Assembly: GCA_030141605.1 (NCBI GenBank)
Contig: JAQGDQ010000279.1
Location: forward strand, 62,001-126,000
DNA from: Tubiluchus corallicola
Taxonomy: Eukaryota; Animalia; Priapulida
Length of the DNA: 64,000 nt
Direction: 5' to 3'
Below, in pieces: positions 49,297 through 64,000 of the stretch. The position numbers were made by a program, and so were the translations under genes. Every line of letters begins with the position of its first letter. Within the stretch, counting starts at the first letter, position 1. Below the pieces are notes generated by a model, which worked only from the letters and a program-made list of their open reading frames with translations, was not told the DNA's origin and ran no database searches.

Positions 49297-52200
49297 CTTT
49301 GTTTAGTGTAGTTATTGTTTGTTCTGTATTGAATATAAAAATTATGTTTGAAATAAAGTATTAAATCTAAAGTCTAAATCATACACTAATATCTATATTC
49401 TGATAGTGTTCTGTAGTCATCAAATTATTCAAGCCGATAAACTAATGACTCATTAGCAGCAATGGTTTTCATGATTTGTCAAACCCTTAACTCCACATAG
49501 TACACAATTAGCAAAATTACTCATATTGTTGCGCATTCTTGCTAACGAACTTTTTTCATTGCTAACTGCGTCAGACAAGGGCGTGCTCTTTCTCCACTGC
49601 TTTTTAAGTACAACATTCCCTAAGAAACGCAGGAGTCTTATAACAAATACATTGTAAATAGTAAACACTCAAAGCGTGTGACAACATCACACGCCTACTT
49701 GAGCCTCTGATTTTACTAGAATAACTAACACCAATTACTTTGAAGTCATCAAATGGAAAAATGATGTTTAATACACGAATTTTGTATCTGAATGTGCTAT
49801 ACGTAGATCTAGATTCTGGCTTTGACATCTACTTAGTTAATTTTACGAAACACTATTACAAAAAGTGATACAATTCACACTTTCATATAATAGAGCACAG
49901 TGGTTGTCAAATCCTTTTTGCCCCATGCATCATTTTCCACATATATCAGAATATCATTATTACCCTTTCCAAGGTTTGGTAATTACAGGTACGTACATTT
50001 TGGATTTACTTGGATTTTTATAGCGAATCTTTACAAACTTAATTGCAAGCGAAACTGATGGATTTTAGAACTTCAATAGATTAGAATTAGTATTTAAACA
50101 AACGTGGCATTCAGTAGTGCCATGATCTGCTTGTACAGTTTGTACTATACCAACAGTTTGAATCTTCCAACGTGTGGTCACTGTTTCCCCTTCAAAAACC
50201 TTAATACAAAGACACTGGATCATTCTTGCATGTCTTTAAGCACATTAATTACGAAATTCTCATGTTCTCAACTTAGAATTTACTCCATTTGTACTAATCT
50301 AATTAGGCTGTCTTTGTTTCAGTAATTATACACTCGCCGACTTTGCTTTGCCTACTTATGTGGCTGATCGCACGGTATTGGATAATTACCTTTGTAAGAA
50401 AGCAGATATTTTAATTAATTAAGCTTGAGATTTGCTCATTAAAGCTTTCTGTTTCCTGTCTTGTCTCCGCGGGGGCGCTGCAGTACAAACGCCAATGATT
50501 ATAGCTACAAATCAACAAGGTCCTCTGTCTTGTTGAAATTAATTGCACATCTAACACGTGTAAGTCCCACTCTGTTTTGAGCTGAAACCGAATGCACCGC
50601 CCTGTCATCCAATTAGCATAGTTCGGGCGTGACCATGTCCAAGAGAATAAGACGTGTGGTACTGTGAGGGTCATGGACAGACCAAAGGGAGTCTCACTTC
50701 ACTCGACAGCAGTGCAGCATATAGAGCAGAAATACCTGCAACTATTCACTACACGGGTAGATGTTTGGTAATCTGACATAATCAAGGTCTCTTTTCGTTT
50801 ATTTTTTTGAGATGAAATCAGAAAACCTCCGTTAAGTGTGGAAAAGGTTTAGCCGTCAATGCGAGGTCATAATTTGAGCAGGACCTTCCACAAAGCCTAA
50901 ATTTACCATTTTCGGTTAGTCCTGAGGCGTTAATTTTGATAACGAAACACCCAAAGTGTTTGATTTCATGCGTTTGTATGTCTTTCTTTTCACTGTGTCC
51001 TTGTTTTTTTCGTTTTTCCCTTTTCATTTGATTGTTTGGAAACTTTGGTTTAACGCTACTGAGTATCTGCATCCATAACAACTGATCACGTCTCAGTATT
51101 CGGTAATCAATTGATAACAATTGATAACATATTAATAAAACAGTATACGCCCTTAAAAATGTTATATTCATAATTATTTCTCATTGTATAATTGCTGTTG
51201 CCATCATTATCATCATCATAATCATTATCATCGTTATTATCATCATCGTCGTCATCGTCATCATGAGCGTCATCACCGTCATTATGGTCGTCAGTCTCAC
51301 CATAGTAATTCTTTGTTTAATTAGACAAAGTGGAAGGCGAAATGAAATTCTTGCAGTTAAAGTGCCACAAAAACTAACCACTATATCTAGCTTACTCGAA
51401 ATTAAACTATAACACAACAGATTTCTTGTTCTTGCACGATTTATTGGGTACGTACTACGTAGCATAATAAGCACAATTAACGATTGACAGATAAAATCGT
51501 TTTCAGCTATTCTGAAATAATGACAAGAAAAATTCAATAATTTGAATAGTAAAGCTCTTAAAGTAGTCAGTTATGTAATCAACTAATAATCTAATATTAC
51601 AATCAAATATCATTTATTCACTTTTATTTCAACAATAATTCTTTGCATAATGGTGCTGAAACAAATACAAACGCTTCTTTGTTCTAAACTGAATAATTAA
51701 AAGGCTGCGAGGGTGCGAGATGTTATTGACAGCTCTTCTACAAAGTTTAAAAAAATATTTTGCAAAAATCTCCCGCCTCTTTCTTCGCCACAGAATCGCA
51801 ACTTTGTCCAAGCGTCCAATTGCGAGAAAATTAATACCTCCCCAAATCCGTGCGCCTACCCGGTTAAAATTCATTGTGATTTAATAAGCAAGGTAGGATG
51901 AAATAAACGCACACTTCTGCTGCACGGTGTTGTTACACCTCATAAGTAGCCATTAATGCCACGAATGCTCCTCCGCGGGGAGGGACACTTCTTTCAGACG
52001 TGGAAACAGAGGTTGGCAACACCAGCAAATTCCATTACTTTGCCAGATTGCAGCAACACTTAGGAAGTCAAAGACGGAACAATGCTTCTCGAGAGGTTAT
52101 TGTTGAACTGACAGGCGTAATAAAGGCGTCCTGTGTTCTCTAAGCAACAGTTAAAGTCAGTTTGATCGAAGTTTGCCCAGCCCACTGTATCCACCATGCT

Positions 52201-52734
52201 GTGATCTCGGTGAGATAAAGTTTGTTTAGCTGTCAGTCTTGTTTACTGGTGGAGGAAATTAGGACGAATTAGTAAAATGCACGAGGTTCGTGTATCAAAT
52301 GATCTCAGGTGAAGTTCCTGTTTCACTGTAGGTTGCATTACCTTGCCTGCTGCGTATCATTGTCGTCATCAGCATCGTCAACGGCATTACAACCGTCAAC
52401 TTGTCAATATCAATCTTATCATTATCATTGTCGTTATCATCTTTATCGTTATCATCAGTAGCGGCTACGTCATTGTTGTTGTCACCATTATAATCACGAT
52501 TATCATTATCATTATTATTGTCGATGTTTTGTCATCGTCTTCATGTTTGTTGTTTTCATTCTACTCAAGGTCATCATTTACCTTGCATCACCATTATTGT
52601 CTAAGTCACTGCCATAGGAGTCGTCATTAATATCGCCGTCAGTGTCATCATGATCATAAATGTTCTCATTACAATATGGATTCGTTACCAACGTCTTAGA
52701 ATTTATTTCGTCATTCTTACCATCTTCTTCAACC

Positions 52735-52843
<109 letters not shown>

Positions 52844-54305
52844 TGTAGATGACGGAATGTTCCAAACAAAACTTAAAATTCCGCATTGGTTTGCCAACGG
52901 TTATTTATTCTGAGAAAATAAAATAAAGCATTTTGCAAATTCAGGAGATTACAAGATTATTATATAATAAGAACTAAATCAAAACATTTAATCATTTAGG
53001 TGTGAATTACAAAAATTTTACAAATTACAACAAATGGTAAATGTAGCATTGCAAAGTACAAAATGTTACATGAAATAGAAATTAAACTTCTCCTTTAAGT
53101 AATCCATAATTAATAATCATATTAAACTTATTGGCCAGCTCTGGCATTTAAACTTTAAGGTATCAAAAAACTGCAGAAACAGGTCACAAGCATTACCAAA
53201 TCATTAAATTGGGCTAAATTGAGTAGAAACTTAGAAACTGATAGCAAACATGTAGACAATATAACAGTCTACTGTCCTACTGACTTCTGCATAAAACCAG
53301 ACTGAATCACCTGAGTATGTAAGTACAGGCTAACAAATATAAAGCCTAAAATTCATTCAAGGCCTAAGGGCCTAAGAGATGGCAGCACATATCAGTTTAT
53401 CCCCATCAATCATCATCATCATCACATTCATCATCATCATCGTCGTCGTCGTCGTCTTCATCGTTGTCATCATCGTAATCATCATCATCATCAACATCAT
53501 CATTATTGTCATCATCAATAACAATAGCAACAGTTGCAGCAGTATTATCATCAGTAGTGTCGGTGGTATAAATGTTATCAGTCACTTCCTTCAAGCTGTT
53601 TGGAACTGCTATAGTAGCCATTTTTAAATTTTATTTTGTTTTGTTTTGTATTCCGTTCCATTCCGTTTCGCTTTTTAGGTCGGTCTGCAAGAAAAAATGA
53701 CTCGTAAACGATTTGCGCGAAAACGTCAGCTACGAAGCTGAGAACTGTGAAAGAAAAGTTGAAGTTACTAACAAGTTTAAGTAGCAGCAAATTCATTAAT
53801 GCATAATTAAGACACAGTCTGAGTTTTGGTGTTTGGACATACCTCTGTCTCTTCTCTTCCTGTTCATCAGACTTCCCAAACACTGACTTGTGATTTCAAA
53901 CAGAGCAAATATTTTCAGGATAATGTGCTTCCGGTCGGCAGGAAGCTACATCCGGCGCAGTGTGCTAATTAGAGCCTATGATTGTTCAATGGCGTTTCAA
54001 AAGCGCATTGAGTTTAATAATTAACTCATTCTATGAGACGCGCGTTACGTGGCACCTCTCTCGTCTAATTACCTTCCCTCACCCTTCATAGCCACAAAGG
54101 TGATCTTCTGATTCTACAGGGTGGACCAGAAATGACATCTATGTAAGACACATGGTACGACACACGATACTTTCACATTATGATGAATACATAAGCTTAC
54201 CTATGATACGCGACACGAAACAACTATGTCATTTCATACCATTAATACGTACCCGTTCACTTTTTTGAACAAAAGCCGAACACAGCGGATGGCTGTCACC
54301 AATAC

Positions 54306-54308
<3 letters not shown>

Positions 54309-54353
<45 letters not shown>

Positions 54354-54407
54354 GTAATAATAACAATAACAGCAACATCAACAACAACAATAACAATAAT
54401 CATAATA
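54309..54407. repeat. (AAT)n/(AAC)n microsatellite
   Basis: Direct reading. Confidence 0.9.
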
Positions 54408-54987
54408 GGTAAAAATGTTCTGAGTTGTCAGTGGCTTGATTTAAAGATTTATTACATTTATGTAATGAAAAAACTACCCCAGTTTACACATAACACGATT
54501 TCTTTGACTTTGAATGACCTTGGTCACTAATTTTCGAGGTTTGACGCCAGTCTGGGCCTGATTTATAAACTAAGCAACGTGGAAAAACTAGAGGTTTAGA
54601 AACTGAGAAATGCAAGCATGTCAACACATACACTAAATACTAAAGCACAGACGTGTGGCTTCAGCGCGCATTAATCCCGAAAGTCGGAACTATCTTCACA
54701 ACCTATCATAACACAACACGTTTGGTACGTTTGAAAACGTTTTTGCAAAGCTTCGGATGCTTCTTTGATTACATTCTCGTCTCCTGAAGTAAAATATTCA
54801 TACCTTTTCATGCGATAATAATGGTGATCTACGTTTTTTGTCCATTTCTCTGTTTTAAAATGGGTGTGTTTTGCGTTAGGTCTGTCAGATTTAAAATTTA
54901 CAAAATGTGTTCTTTGCTGCTTGTGTTCTTTGCTCAGACGTGCGATACAAAGGGTGTACTACATGAAAAATTCGCATTGTAGTTAGG

Positions 54988-55081
54988 CTTAATCCTAACC
55001 GTAACCCTAACCCTAACCCTAATACAACTCTAACCCTAACCCTAACCCTAACCCCAACCTTAATCCTAACACTAATCCTAA
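54988..55081. repeat. Degenerate interstitial telomere-like (CCCTAA)n tract
   Basis: About 14 imperfect TAACCC units. Confidence 0.8.
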
Positions 55082-56137
55082 GCCGCTTCACGAACTAATT
55101 TCTTGTGTGTGGGGAATTGTAAACTTTGGCCGTTTTTTATTGCCCTTACCTACATATGCACCTGAAAATAGTTCCGAGATTAATGCGCGTTGAAGGTCAC
55201 AGTGAAGCTGTGTGTGTGTGTGTGTAGAAATGTTTGCATCACTGAGTGCATCTCTATTTGTCAGCCTTCATGTTCACCTGATCTTGCAAATGTTGTTTCT
55301 ATTCAGCGTCAATATTCGGAAACCACTTCATCTCTCCGCATGTAAATATTTGCGTTTTAAACTGTCAACTCACATTGCCCGAGAGGCGTCCTGTTGCCAA
55401 CGTAACTGACGTTGTTGCAGCATGCTGCGACAGTCGAGTAATTCTAGTCTTTTTAATGCCCAAGTAACGTCCTCATAGAATTCATCCATATATTGGCTAT
55501 AGATGGCGCCCAGGCTTGCACTTGCAGATCGATAAAATATCGGCATTGTAACATTGGAACGTGTGTTCAATTAATATTGTAATTGCATCAATGGGATTTC
55601 TTTTCTCATGTGCATCTGTTAAACGCGTCTCCAGCCGGTTTGGCGTCCAGATCTCGTGTCAATGTCATAGCTACACGTCCAAAAAAGGCCGGGAAGACTA
55701 ATTGACTCAAATTGTCGACCAGGCGACTAGACGAATAATATACTTAAAACATCAAATCAGAAGATCGAGCTGTTTTTTTTTATTTCAGACACTCAGCCTA
55801 TAGACGATCTTCTGAGGTGCATTCTCAAAAAGTTGTGTTTGACCGACCACTAAGTCCCAGAACTCGTGCTTGATTGGTTAAGTTACAGAAGCGGCAGAAA
55901 TTAAGCGCGAAATTGTGTGCCGCAGACTGCTTGCTGACTGATCCATCGAGATCATGAGACACTATGACAGCGATCGTTCACTAGAGGAAATGGTAGGTAG
56001 CTTGGACCCACTTTGTCCTTAGTGGAAAATTTTCCTGCACGCACATGCGCCATATTCAGCCATGCACAAGACCTCTACTCCATCTGTGGCCTTACGTAGA
56101 GAAGAAGATCCAGTCTGATGAAAAAAGAAATACTTCG

Positions 56138-56150
56138 TGACCTTTGACCC
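56138..56150 (-). promoter_or_regulatory. Consensus DR1 nuclear-receptor element
   Basis: GGGTCA-A-AGGTCA (COUP-TF/RXR/HNF4-type site); function unproven. Confidence 0.35.
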
Positions 56151-58289
56151 GAAGCGAGACATATAAGCAAATCCTCTTACGTGGCGGTGAGACACGTATT
56201 CACTACAACGACGATGCGTAAGATGACTGACTAGTGATTACTTGAGCCCATATTTGGAACGGTTCCAATGAGCCCATACTTGGATACAGTCAAAGCGAGA
56301 GTTTAATTAAGCTTAGTAGGGAGCGCGTACATTTGGTTTTTTGTTTATCAAATTATTAGATAAGCAATTTTGGAGAAGAAATAAACCAGCTCCAATTCGG
56401 TTTTTTAGTGTGAACTGTTTTATTTCAGTTTTGACAATTTAACGCTAGCCCTAAGTGAATAAAAGACAAATAAATAATCAGTGAAAAATTTAAGTTTAAA
56501 ATATGACTGTTATTCGTTTAGGGTTAGGGTATTAGCTGTATAACTTGTGCTTCAAATGTTGTAAGTACCGACGTTAAATAAATACTAGATTAATAAACAT
56601 TTTAGAAGTTATGAAGTTATTTTTACAGATAGTACAAATTGCAGTTGACACAATGGTACATCATAGTGAAACATAATGAAAAGACTTACTTTGCTAAAAT
56701 AATCAAACTCTTGAAAATATCTTTAAAAGACTATCATCAAATCCTCTGGAACCGTGCAGACGGTGAAGATATTTAATTGAAAAATATCCCATTAGAGGAA
56801 TTTGAAAAAGATGATGTTTTAGTATATACCACTGTATTGTCGGGCGGAAGAAAACAGAAAATCGACAATATTTTATATTGTAAATTATATTTTTTATTAC
56901 GAAGTCTAAGTGTTTGTGGTGTGTTAAGCAAATAAAAACAGAAACAAAACTGCTTGTGGTATCCTACTATTGTTCTTCCTGTTCTCTCAGTTTACAATAC
57001 AACTTTTTCTATTTTTCATCCCAGCAGACTATTTGCTAATAATTGTGCATCTCCACTGCATAATCTTTAGTGTGCTTAATGCTGTTGTGCTGTGTTATTA
57101 AGGATTTTCTCATGTTTTTTTTATTTTTATTTTTCTCTTATGGTTTTTTTATATACTACATATTATATCTTTAATTAATAGTTGCGTTACAAATTCAAAA
57201 CCACATAACACAATATAAAATTCTAGTGACTTTTTTGCTTTTTTCTCCCCTTCCTCCATTTCGACTGATTTTTTTATTAATTGTTTCAGTCTTTCATTAG
57301 GACTTTTTCATGTATTGCTACATATTTATATATTTTTACTTGTGAAATCTTTTCAATTTTGTGATAATCAAGTCTGAATATTTTTTCTTTCGTTTCTGAA
57401 AGTGCAACTTCTGTTATTAATATGTAGTTCATTAACTTAATCTGATAAATTTCTACTACTAATGTAACCAAAGATTTCCGTATTAGATAGTTTTTATTCA
57501 GTAAATTTTATATACAATTGTTTCATTAGTTAATTATTTATAATTTTCTTTTCAAGACTAACGTAACTTAACGTAATGTAGGGTAATGAACGTCACGTTT
57601 GAATAAATTCGTGGTTATGAAATTTGGGAACCTAAATTTCTGCAAGAAGCAGCAAATGTAAAAAAGTTGGGACTGAGCTTAGCTTTGAGCGAGGGCTTTT
57701 TGAACTTTTCAGACTTAGTTCTTGGCTTTTGAAATTTTATCCTTTACTCAAGTATGGTTCCCAAAATTTATAATTGTGGCCTTTAATCTGCAAGCTCATT
57801 CGTTTATACCCTTAAAATAAGGTTATATTCAAACAGTTAATCAATTACCAACGCTTCATTCCCTATTCTAAATTAATTAAATACAAGAAATGAACCAAAG
57901 TCTCAATTATAGCTTTAAAGTCCGAGGTACTCAACCTTTTTTTTTCATTAAGCACCTCTAAATTTACCGCATCCCATCTCAGAATTTATTCAATACCAAG
58001 GTGCCTCAAAGCCTCAAAATCAATGTACACTTTGCTTTCTGATTGTCTTTTTAAGTTTTTCTCCGGCAAGCTATTACGTGAATCAAAAGGGGCCTTTTGC
58101 AATTCTTTTTATTCATTGTTTGATTGGAACCGTTGCTATGTAACGACGCTAAGGTTAGAAAGGAGGTGCAAAATCAGTCTGGCATGAAGTCATTCGTTCA
58201 CCAACTGAAGTTCAGTGGAAATTCAGAGCATCATATGGGCCACATTGTTCACTCACTATTAACAGTGCAGTTTTTTGACAAGGTGCAGC

Positions 58290-58785
58290 TTTTTCTCACA
58301 ACTCATGAGATGTGAGAGACTTTCTCGATACGAGATGTCTGACTGACTTGCCATTGAATTGATCTCTAAAGCTCTCGAGGTCTCCGAAAATGGTAATGAA
58401 AACAGTAATTTCAACTAGAGAAGCAGTTCTTTCGAAATTGTTGTCTAATTTGACTAAAAAAATTGTCCAATGTTTTAATTCATCTGTTCCAATTTTTAAA
58501 CACTGCCTTATTTGTTAAAAAAACATAGAAAATGTAAAGTGTATAGTGACATATGAGACATCCTGCACATTCATTCCTATAATTAGGAACCATTTAGATT
58601 TGCTGTTTGAGTATGAAGTCGTGAACTAAATTGACACGGTGCACACATCTGTAATAGTCATTTCCTCTCGCTACAAAATGTGGATTTAAAGCACTAGTAC
58701 TAGTACTCCAGTACTCCTGTAAACTGCCCTGTGATCCCTAGGCCCAGGGGTTTGCTAATATAAACACCCAGGTTGAGAACCCCTG
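58290..58785 (-). mobile_element. Possible hAT (Charlie/Buster) remnant
   Basis: Terminus CAGGGGTTCTCAACCTG on the minus strand at 58785; nearby highly degenerate translation reminiscent of the hAT dimerisation domain (LLFSLPFS..; RHLVSRKS..SH). Confidence 0.3.
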
Positions 58786-61664
58786 TTTAAGTAAATTAAT
58801 ATTCACAAGCGTTGAACAAGGAGTAAATCTAGCATGATCTTATAAGGCTGTGTGTAGCATTGCCTGCAAGGTTTGTCGTGGCATTTCAACTTGTAATCAA
58901 AAGGTTCTTCACTCAAATCCAGGTGAGTCCCGACCCTTTAACATTGTCTTTTTTCTAGTCAATTTTGATTTCAAAAATTTAACGGACACGTTTCACTACT
59001 GTTTAATTAATCTTTATTGTTAAAAGAACGCAGCTATACTTTCGGTAGTAAAACGTGATAATCATACAGATTAAAGAACTTATCAAAGTTAATGTGGAGG
59101 CAAAACTTACTATATTATACTTCATTAAAATTTAACTTCCAGCAATACACAGGTAATATTAAATGTCAAAGTCAAGTAATCCGTTAATTTTATTGTTTAT
59201 CTCTTAATTCGTTGGTCGATTATCCTTTCGTTCTTTTATATGCGCAGTTAAAGGTAATTTTTCTTAAATTTTTCAGTTCTTCAAAGTAGTAGTTTTCGTG
59301 TGGTTCTGCAGAACTTAGCAACATTTTAGGGGATAACTGCTTACACATAAAAATGGCCGACTTAAGGTTTGGGAACAACGTAGAATTCGTGTTCTCACCA
59401 AACAAAAATTACCTTCATCAGAAACATCAAAACAGTTTCGATGGGCTCCCAAAAACTGTTAAATTAAGAACCCCAAAAAGCTTGATTCCCAAATCCGCCG
59501 CGGTATGTTGCGGAGAAAGGCCGTTTTTTCAAACCGGAAAAACTACAATAATAAGTAGTCAATGTATTACACAAACATGGTACTGAATAGGCAAATATAT
59601 ACTTATAAACAAGCACTGAACGCCAGTGAATTGAACTGCTATACCATTCTACGAAATTAGCTAATTTGCACCATGGTTTAGCACGGTAGCATTCAGTTCT
59701 GGACCCTGTGTGGTATCCACACCGTTGTACGCAAGTTTTCAGTAAACGCTCTGTAATTTGTAAGCTAAGAGACGTTATTGTGCGCTTAGTACGCATGTGC
59801 GAAAATAGTAGCTAATTTTCCTTCAACGGCCGAGGATTTAAGCTTCAAATTTAAAATGTTAGTCCCGCCCCTAGCGTATTTGGTTGATGGATGGCAGCAT
59901 TTCTTCTTAGCTTCTTCCTCGTCGTTACAAAAATTTCTGTTAATCTAATTCAAAACGTTTATTGTATGTAGCATTCAAATGGTATTTAGAGTGACAGGCT
60001 ATTTTGTGCAGCTGTAGAAAAAAATAAATATAGTAGTTCAATGGTTCCAACAGGTACGATACTGAAACTCCCACATTTACACATAAAATCTTAAGTTAAA
60101 CGTGTAAAGGGAGGTCGAAAAAATGCTCGTTTTATTGTTTCTTTTTAAAATATTTAAAAAGTCAGCGGGAACCTCTGTTGCATCTAAAAGTTACTCGTGC
60201 CTCATTCAATCATTCTGCGTACGCGTAAAGGTTTTATAAACATCATGTATAGGCAGTGTAGCTAAAGAAGTCAGATAATAGTAACTCTTCTATTCGCAAT
60301 AAATTTTTTACCTTTACAAGAGGACTTAACAAGTGGTGTAGAATTTTCTGAGGACCAAGTAACTCCCTCTGGTTCAATAAACGTCATTGAGGGCGTTTCT
60401 GTCTTATTATGGATTTCAGAAGTGTACTATGTTGCATTAAGTAAGCACAAAAAGTAGTTCATATTTTCTGCATGCTGCCTATAATGGCTATAAAGAAAAT
60501 ATACACATACTTTTTATTATAGCGATTATAATAAAATAATAAAGACTTCCGACTATCAGATATTATAGCACGTAATGATGAAATTTAGGCCCCTATTATT
60601 ATTTTGAGTTTATTTTGCATAAAAATATACAGCTTACAAACACAACAGGATGTTAGTAAAGTAACATATCTACAGAAATTCAACTTTGTAATGTCCACTC
60701 TTTTCAGTACGCTTGTAATTGTATTACAATATACGGTGTTACAAGAATCCATACCAGGTATCTTAAAACATAATCTTTAAATGAGGTTTTTACCTTTAAC
60801 TTTACATTTTCGTTTAGATCTATAGTACAACCATGTTTTAATCTTAAATTTACTTGACTGTTATTTACATAGTAGCATAGCCTTGCAAATCTCAATGTCC
60901 AGGACTTTGCAATTTTTCTCACAAAATTTAGTTTTCGGCTATGTATTAAATAATTGGCAGGCCATAAAAACATTAACAATTTGATGCTGTCATTTTATCT
61001 AAAACCAAATACTTTGCTATAAGCAGTGTTCCATTTTACCCTAATGGCATTAGCTTCGTTGTTTGGCATAGCGCATCCGTTTAACAAAATTGGTAGGCAA
61101 TATATATTGACCAGCGTCTTAGCTATTATGTCTTACAATTATAGCCCAAATATATGATGATAAAATTTTCCAATATTCGAATTCTTGCTTAATGGCTGTA
61201 GTAAAAAGTGAAAGTACAATAACATGTCCAATTCCAGCATCTATTCCTACTACAAATGTGCCATAACATGTAGCTATTATGGTAAATTAGATTACTCAAA
61301 CCGGCGAGGCCTGCTGTCTTAACAGACTATTTTGTTTTTCTTCTTTTACAAATGTGACATGTAACAATGTAAATCTTTTTTCCTAAAATAAATACATGTT
61401 TAAAAAATAGATTATGAAATTCGAGAGGATTACTACAGAAATTAGTCAAACATCAGCCAAAGTGTGAATTTAAAATAACGACTGGAATCAACGATAAATT
61501 AGAGTATATTTTCTGTAAAAATTTGTGAGTTAGGCCTGCTTATGTTGTAAAACATATTTTCATTTTTTTCATTTTTCAAATCTAGACATCTAGTTGCGGT
61601 GTTGCTAGGCTTGCTTTTTAATATTTAATAATTTTTTCACTGTGTTGTGAAAATGTTTTTATAA

Positions 61665-62080
61665 CAGTGACCGGCAATAAAGTAACAGAAAAAAGCCACA
61701 ATTTCGGCTACGAAAAAAGTTACAGAAAAAGTCACAATTTATTTATGACGGTCGGAAAACTTGTAATTTTGGCTACGAAAAAGTTAGATCATCAAAGAAA
61801 AATATTCAAGTCAGTCACAATTTATTTAAGTATCATAAACAATTAAAGTAAAACAACTGAAAATATTTTAAATCACTTATTAAGTGGCAATATATATTAA
61901 CTGGCAAATCATACATATTACACAATATTGACTTGTACATATTGACAGCACAATTTATTTATGATGGCATTACATATATGTGAGGTTAGGGTTAGGGTTA
62001 TTTCTTTTTTCCTGTGACTTTTTTTCCTCTGTGACTTTTTTCGTGTGATTTTTTTAAATGTGACTTTATTACCTAGATTC
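61665..62080. mobile_element. Helentron-associated (HINE/DINE-like) non-autonomous element
   Basis: Repeated aaaagtcaca at the left end, inverted tgtgacttt at the right end, internal GTTAGGGTTAGGG; family assignment by pattern only. Confidence 0.45.
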
Positions 62081-62189
62081 TTTATAGTTACTAGCTTAAA
62101 GTTTAAATTCCGAATATTTCGCGTTTATATCTTCTGAAGATCTTCTGAACATACAATACCTCTTTGGACAACTTTTAGTTTCGAAATCA

Positions 62190-62455
62190 ATACTTACAGA
62201 CCTATTTTACCAAAAACACGTTATTGATCTTATTGACGAGATAAAGTAAGTTATACTTTTTCTTACTTAGTGAAGAATGTGCTACGAATGCTCTGATTAT
62301 TTTTTAAATTTTATTTAATGTTATCTAAACTTGTTTTATACGGCTTACCGTTAAAATGGCTGCACCTATTGGTCATCACGAGTTTAAATTTACACGTTTT
62401 ATACAGCATTACTGCTAATACAAGCTCCGTATGCAATAAGACATCATGTATCGCT
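62190..62455 (+). repeat. Dispersed repeat family A, copy 4
   Basis: aatgttatctaaacttgttt...ttttatacagcatt...tatgcaataagacatcatgta. Confidence 0.7.
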
Positions 62456-63893
62456 TTAAGTTTAATTTGATACAGCTGGCTTCAATGAAAACCCGTGCTT
62501 ACAGTTTTAATTTTGCTCTACAACCAGCCTATTCTCAAAGCAATTATCAGGATCTCGAAATGTAATTATCGCAATGCAAACAATTCAAGTACAAAAATAC
62601 ACGTGACGTATTTATGTTTTTCTTTATGTTTAATTTCTTCGCTTTGTTCGTTTGTTTGCTTGTTTGTTTGTCCTGCATGAGAACAGAACGAACGTTTATG
62701 ATTTACAATAATTTCTGAAAACGAGAGATATTTAGTTAAAGAACCGTTAATTGTAATAAAACTCTTATACCAAAACATTAGGTGAAAAAACCGTATTAGC
62801 ACTAGCAGTTTTACGTTACATTTCACGTAGAATTGAACAATCACGTAGAATTTTGTTTCCATTATTACTTCATTATTGCACTGTCATAATAATAAATACA
62901 TTGAGGTTAAACGATCGTTTATAGATATGGTTTATAAATGCTGCCTAATTAATGATATCAGATGGTATTTGATTGCGTTTAAGCACTTATAGCGAAGCTA
63001 AAGTGTTGTCGTTTAATGACAAAGCTATCAGCATTTTTGAGCGCTGCCTCCCTTGCACTCTATACCTGCCTGCGTGGCTTACAAACAGTTTTAAACACTC
63101 ACCGTATCAAATGTTAGCTAATTTCATGTTATTCTGAAAGCTGCTTTTAAAAAAGCCTCTTTCTCTCAAGCAGCGTGACGAACGTTTCGGTTGAAACTTA
63201 TTTCACTGTTGCTGCAGATGGCTCCTTAATTAGCTGCGATTTTACTAAAATGCTCTGCCTCCCAGAACTTGTTCTTTGTAGAGGTTCTCTACCCCCATCT
63301 TGCGCTCCTACTGTAGCTCTGAATTCGGTTGTAGGGCCTACAGTTAAACGAGCTTGTGTTAAAATTTTAGGTGCTTCTATTGACTGTATCAACAATTATA
63401 CGTTACTTTTACAGAGAATATTGCTTTTGCTAATTATAACAGTGTTCAAAATTTGTGGAAATTTCGAATGAAAATTTGTGGAAAGCCTTACGTGGTAGTT
63501 ATAACGTGTCGAAAACTTTTTTTGTTACTGAAACAATTAAAATAGTGATTATTTTCCATTATAAGGTATCAATAATTTGATTGATTATACATAATTAATA
63601 AGTATATTCAGGTATTGGCTGAAGTCTTTTCTGTTTTAATTTGTCTAACGCCTGTTAAGTTCTACGTTTATGATGTATGACAACTGAGATTTCCTGGAAC
63701 ACTATTTGTTAATTAATTGCGTTTTATTTATTTCCTCTATTTCGTTTAACTTAACTTTGTGCTTCACTGAATAAACCTGTTTTGTACACTCCAGAAGCGC
63801 AGACTTGTTTAAGTTTATTTAATAGCGAAACGAAAACGTCTTTTTTTAAGTCTTTCATGTTCAAAAGATAGTGTGCAGTGCATAAATTATTCG

Positions 63894-64000
<107 letters not shown>

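Noticed and set aside
54988-55081. Telomere or chromosome-fusion scar
   Set aside because: Short, degenerate and single-orientation; similar GTTAGG tracts at about 56517 and 61983 suggest repeat-borne sequence.
63175-63471. Overlapping 65- and 98-aa ORFs near the window end
   Set aside because: No recognisable domain or convincing splice partners; more consistent with a GC-richer non-coding island.

Overview
AT-rich, microsatellite-rich animal genomic DNA, most likely a marine bilaterian invertebrate (inference from spliceosomal GT-AG introns, TTAGGG-type repeats, CTCF-like motifs, CR1 LINE and Deu-type SINE relics). Three spliced protein-coding genes, all on the minus strand, were assembled by hand. 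(1) Integrator complex subunit 3 (INTS3): 26 exons from ATG 19688 down to 379, with the 3' end outside the window. (2) A 223-aa secreted protein of unrecognised family (25916-28485): signal peptide, Asp-rich tract, Cys-rich EGF/thyroglobulin-1-like core and Arg/Pro-rich tail, with a TATA promoter and a non-coding first exon. The ORF track shows it only as disconnected pieces. (3) A two-exon purine nucleoside phosphorylase (PNP, 40693-44036). The rest is intronic or intergenic: a 5'-truncated CR1 LINE ending about 155 bp upstream of the INTS3 ATG, hAT/Harbinger/Tc1 MITEs, tRNA- and 5S-derived SINE relics, many SSRs, and about 30 kb of gene-free DNA with islands rich in homeodomain/Pbx/ETS/nuclear-receptor motifs. 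Most remaining ORF-track entries are microsatellite artefacts. No prokaryotic-type system (CRISPR etc.) is present.
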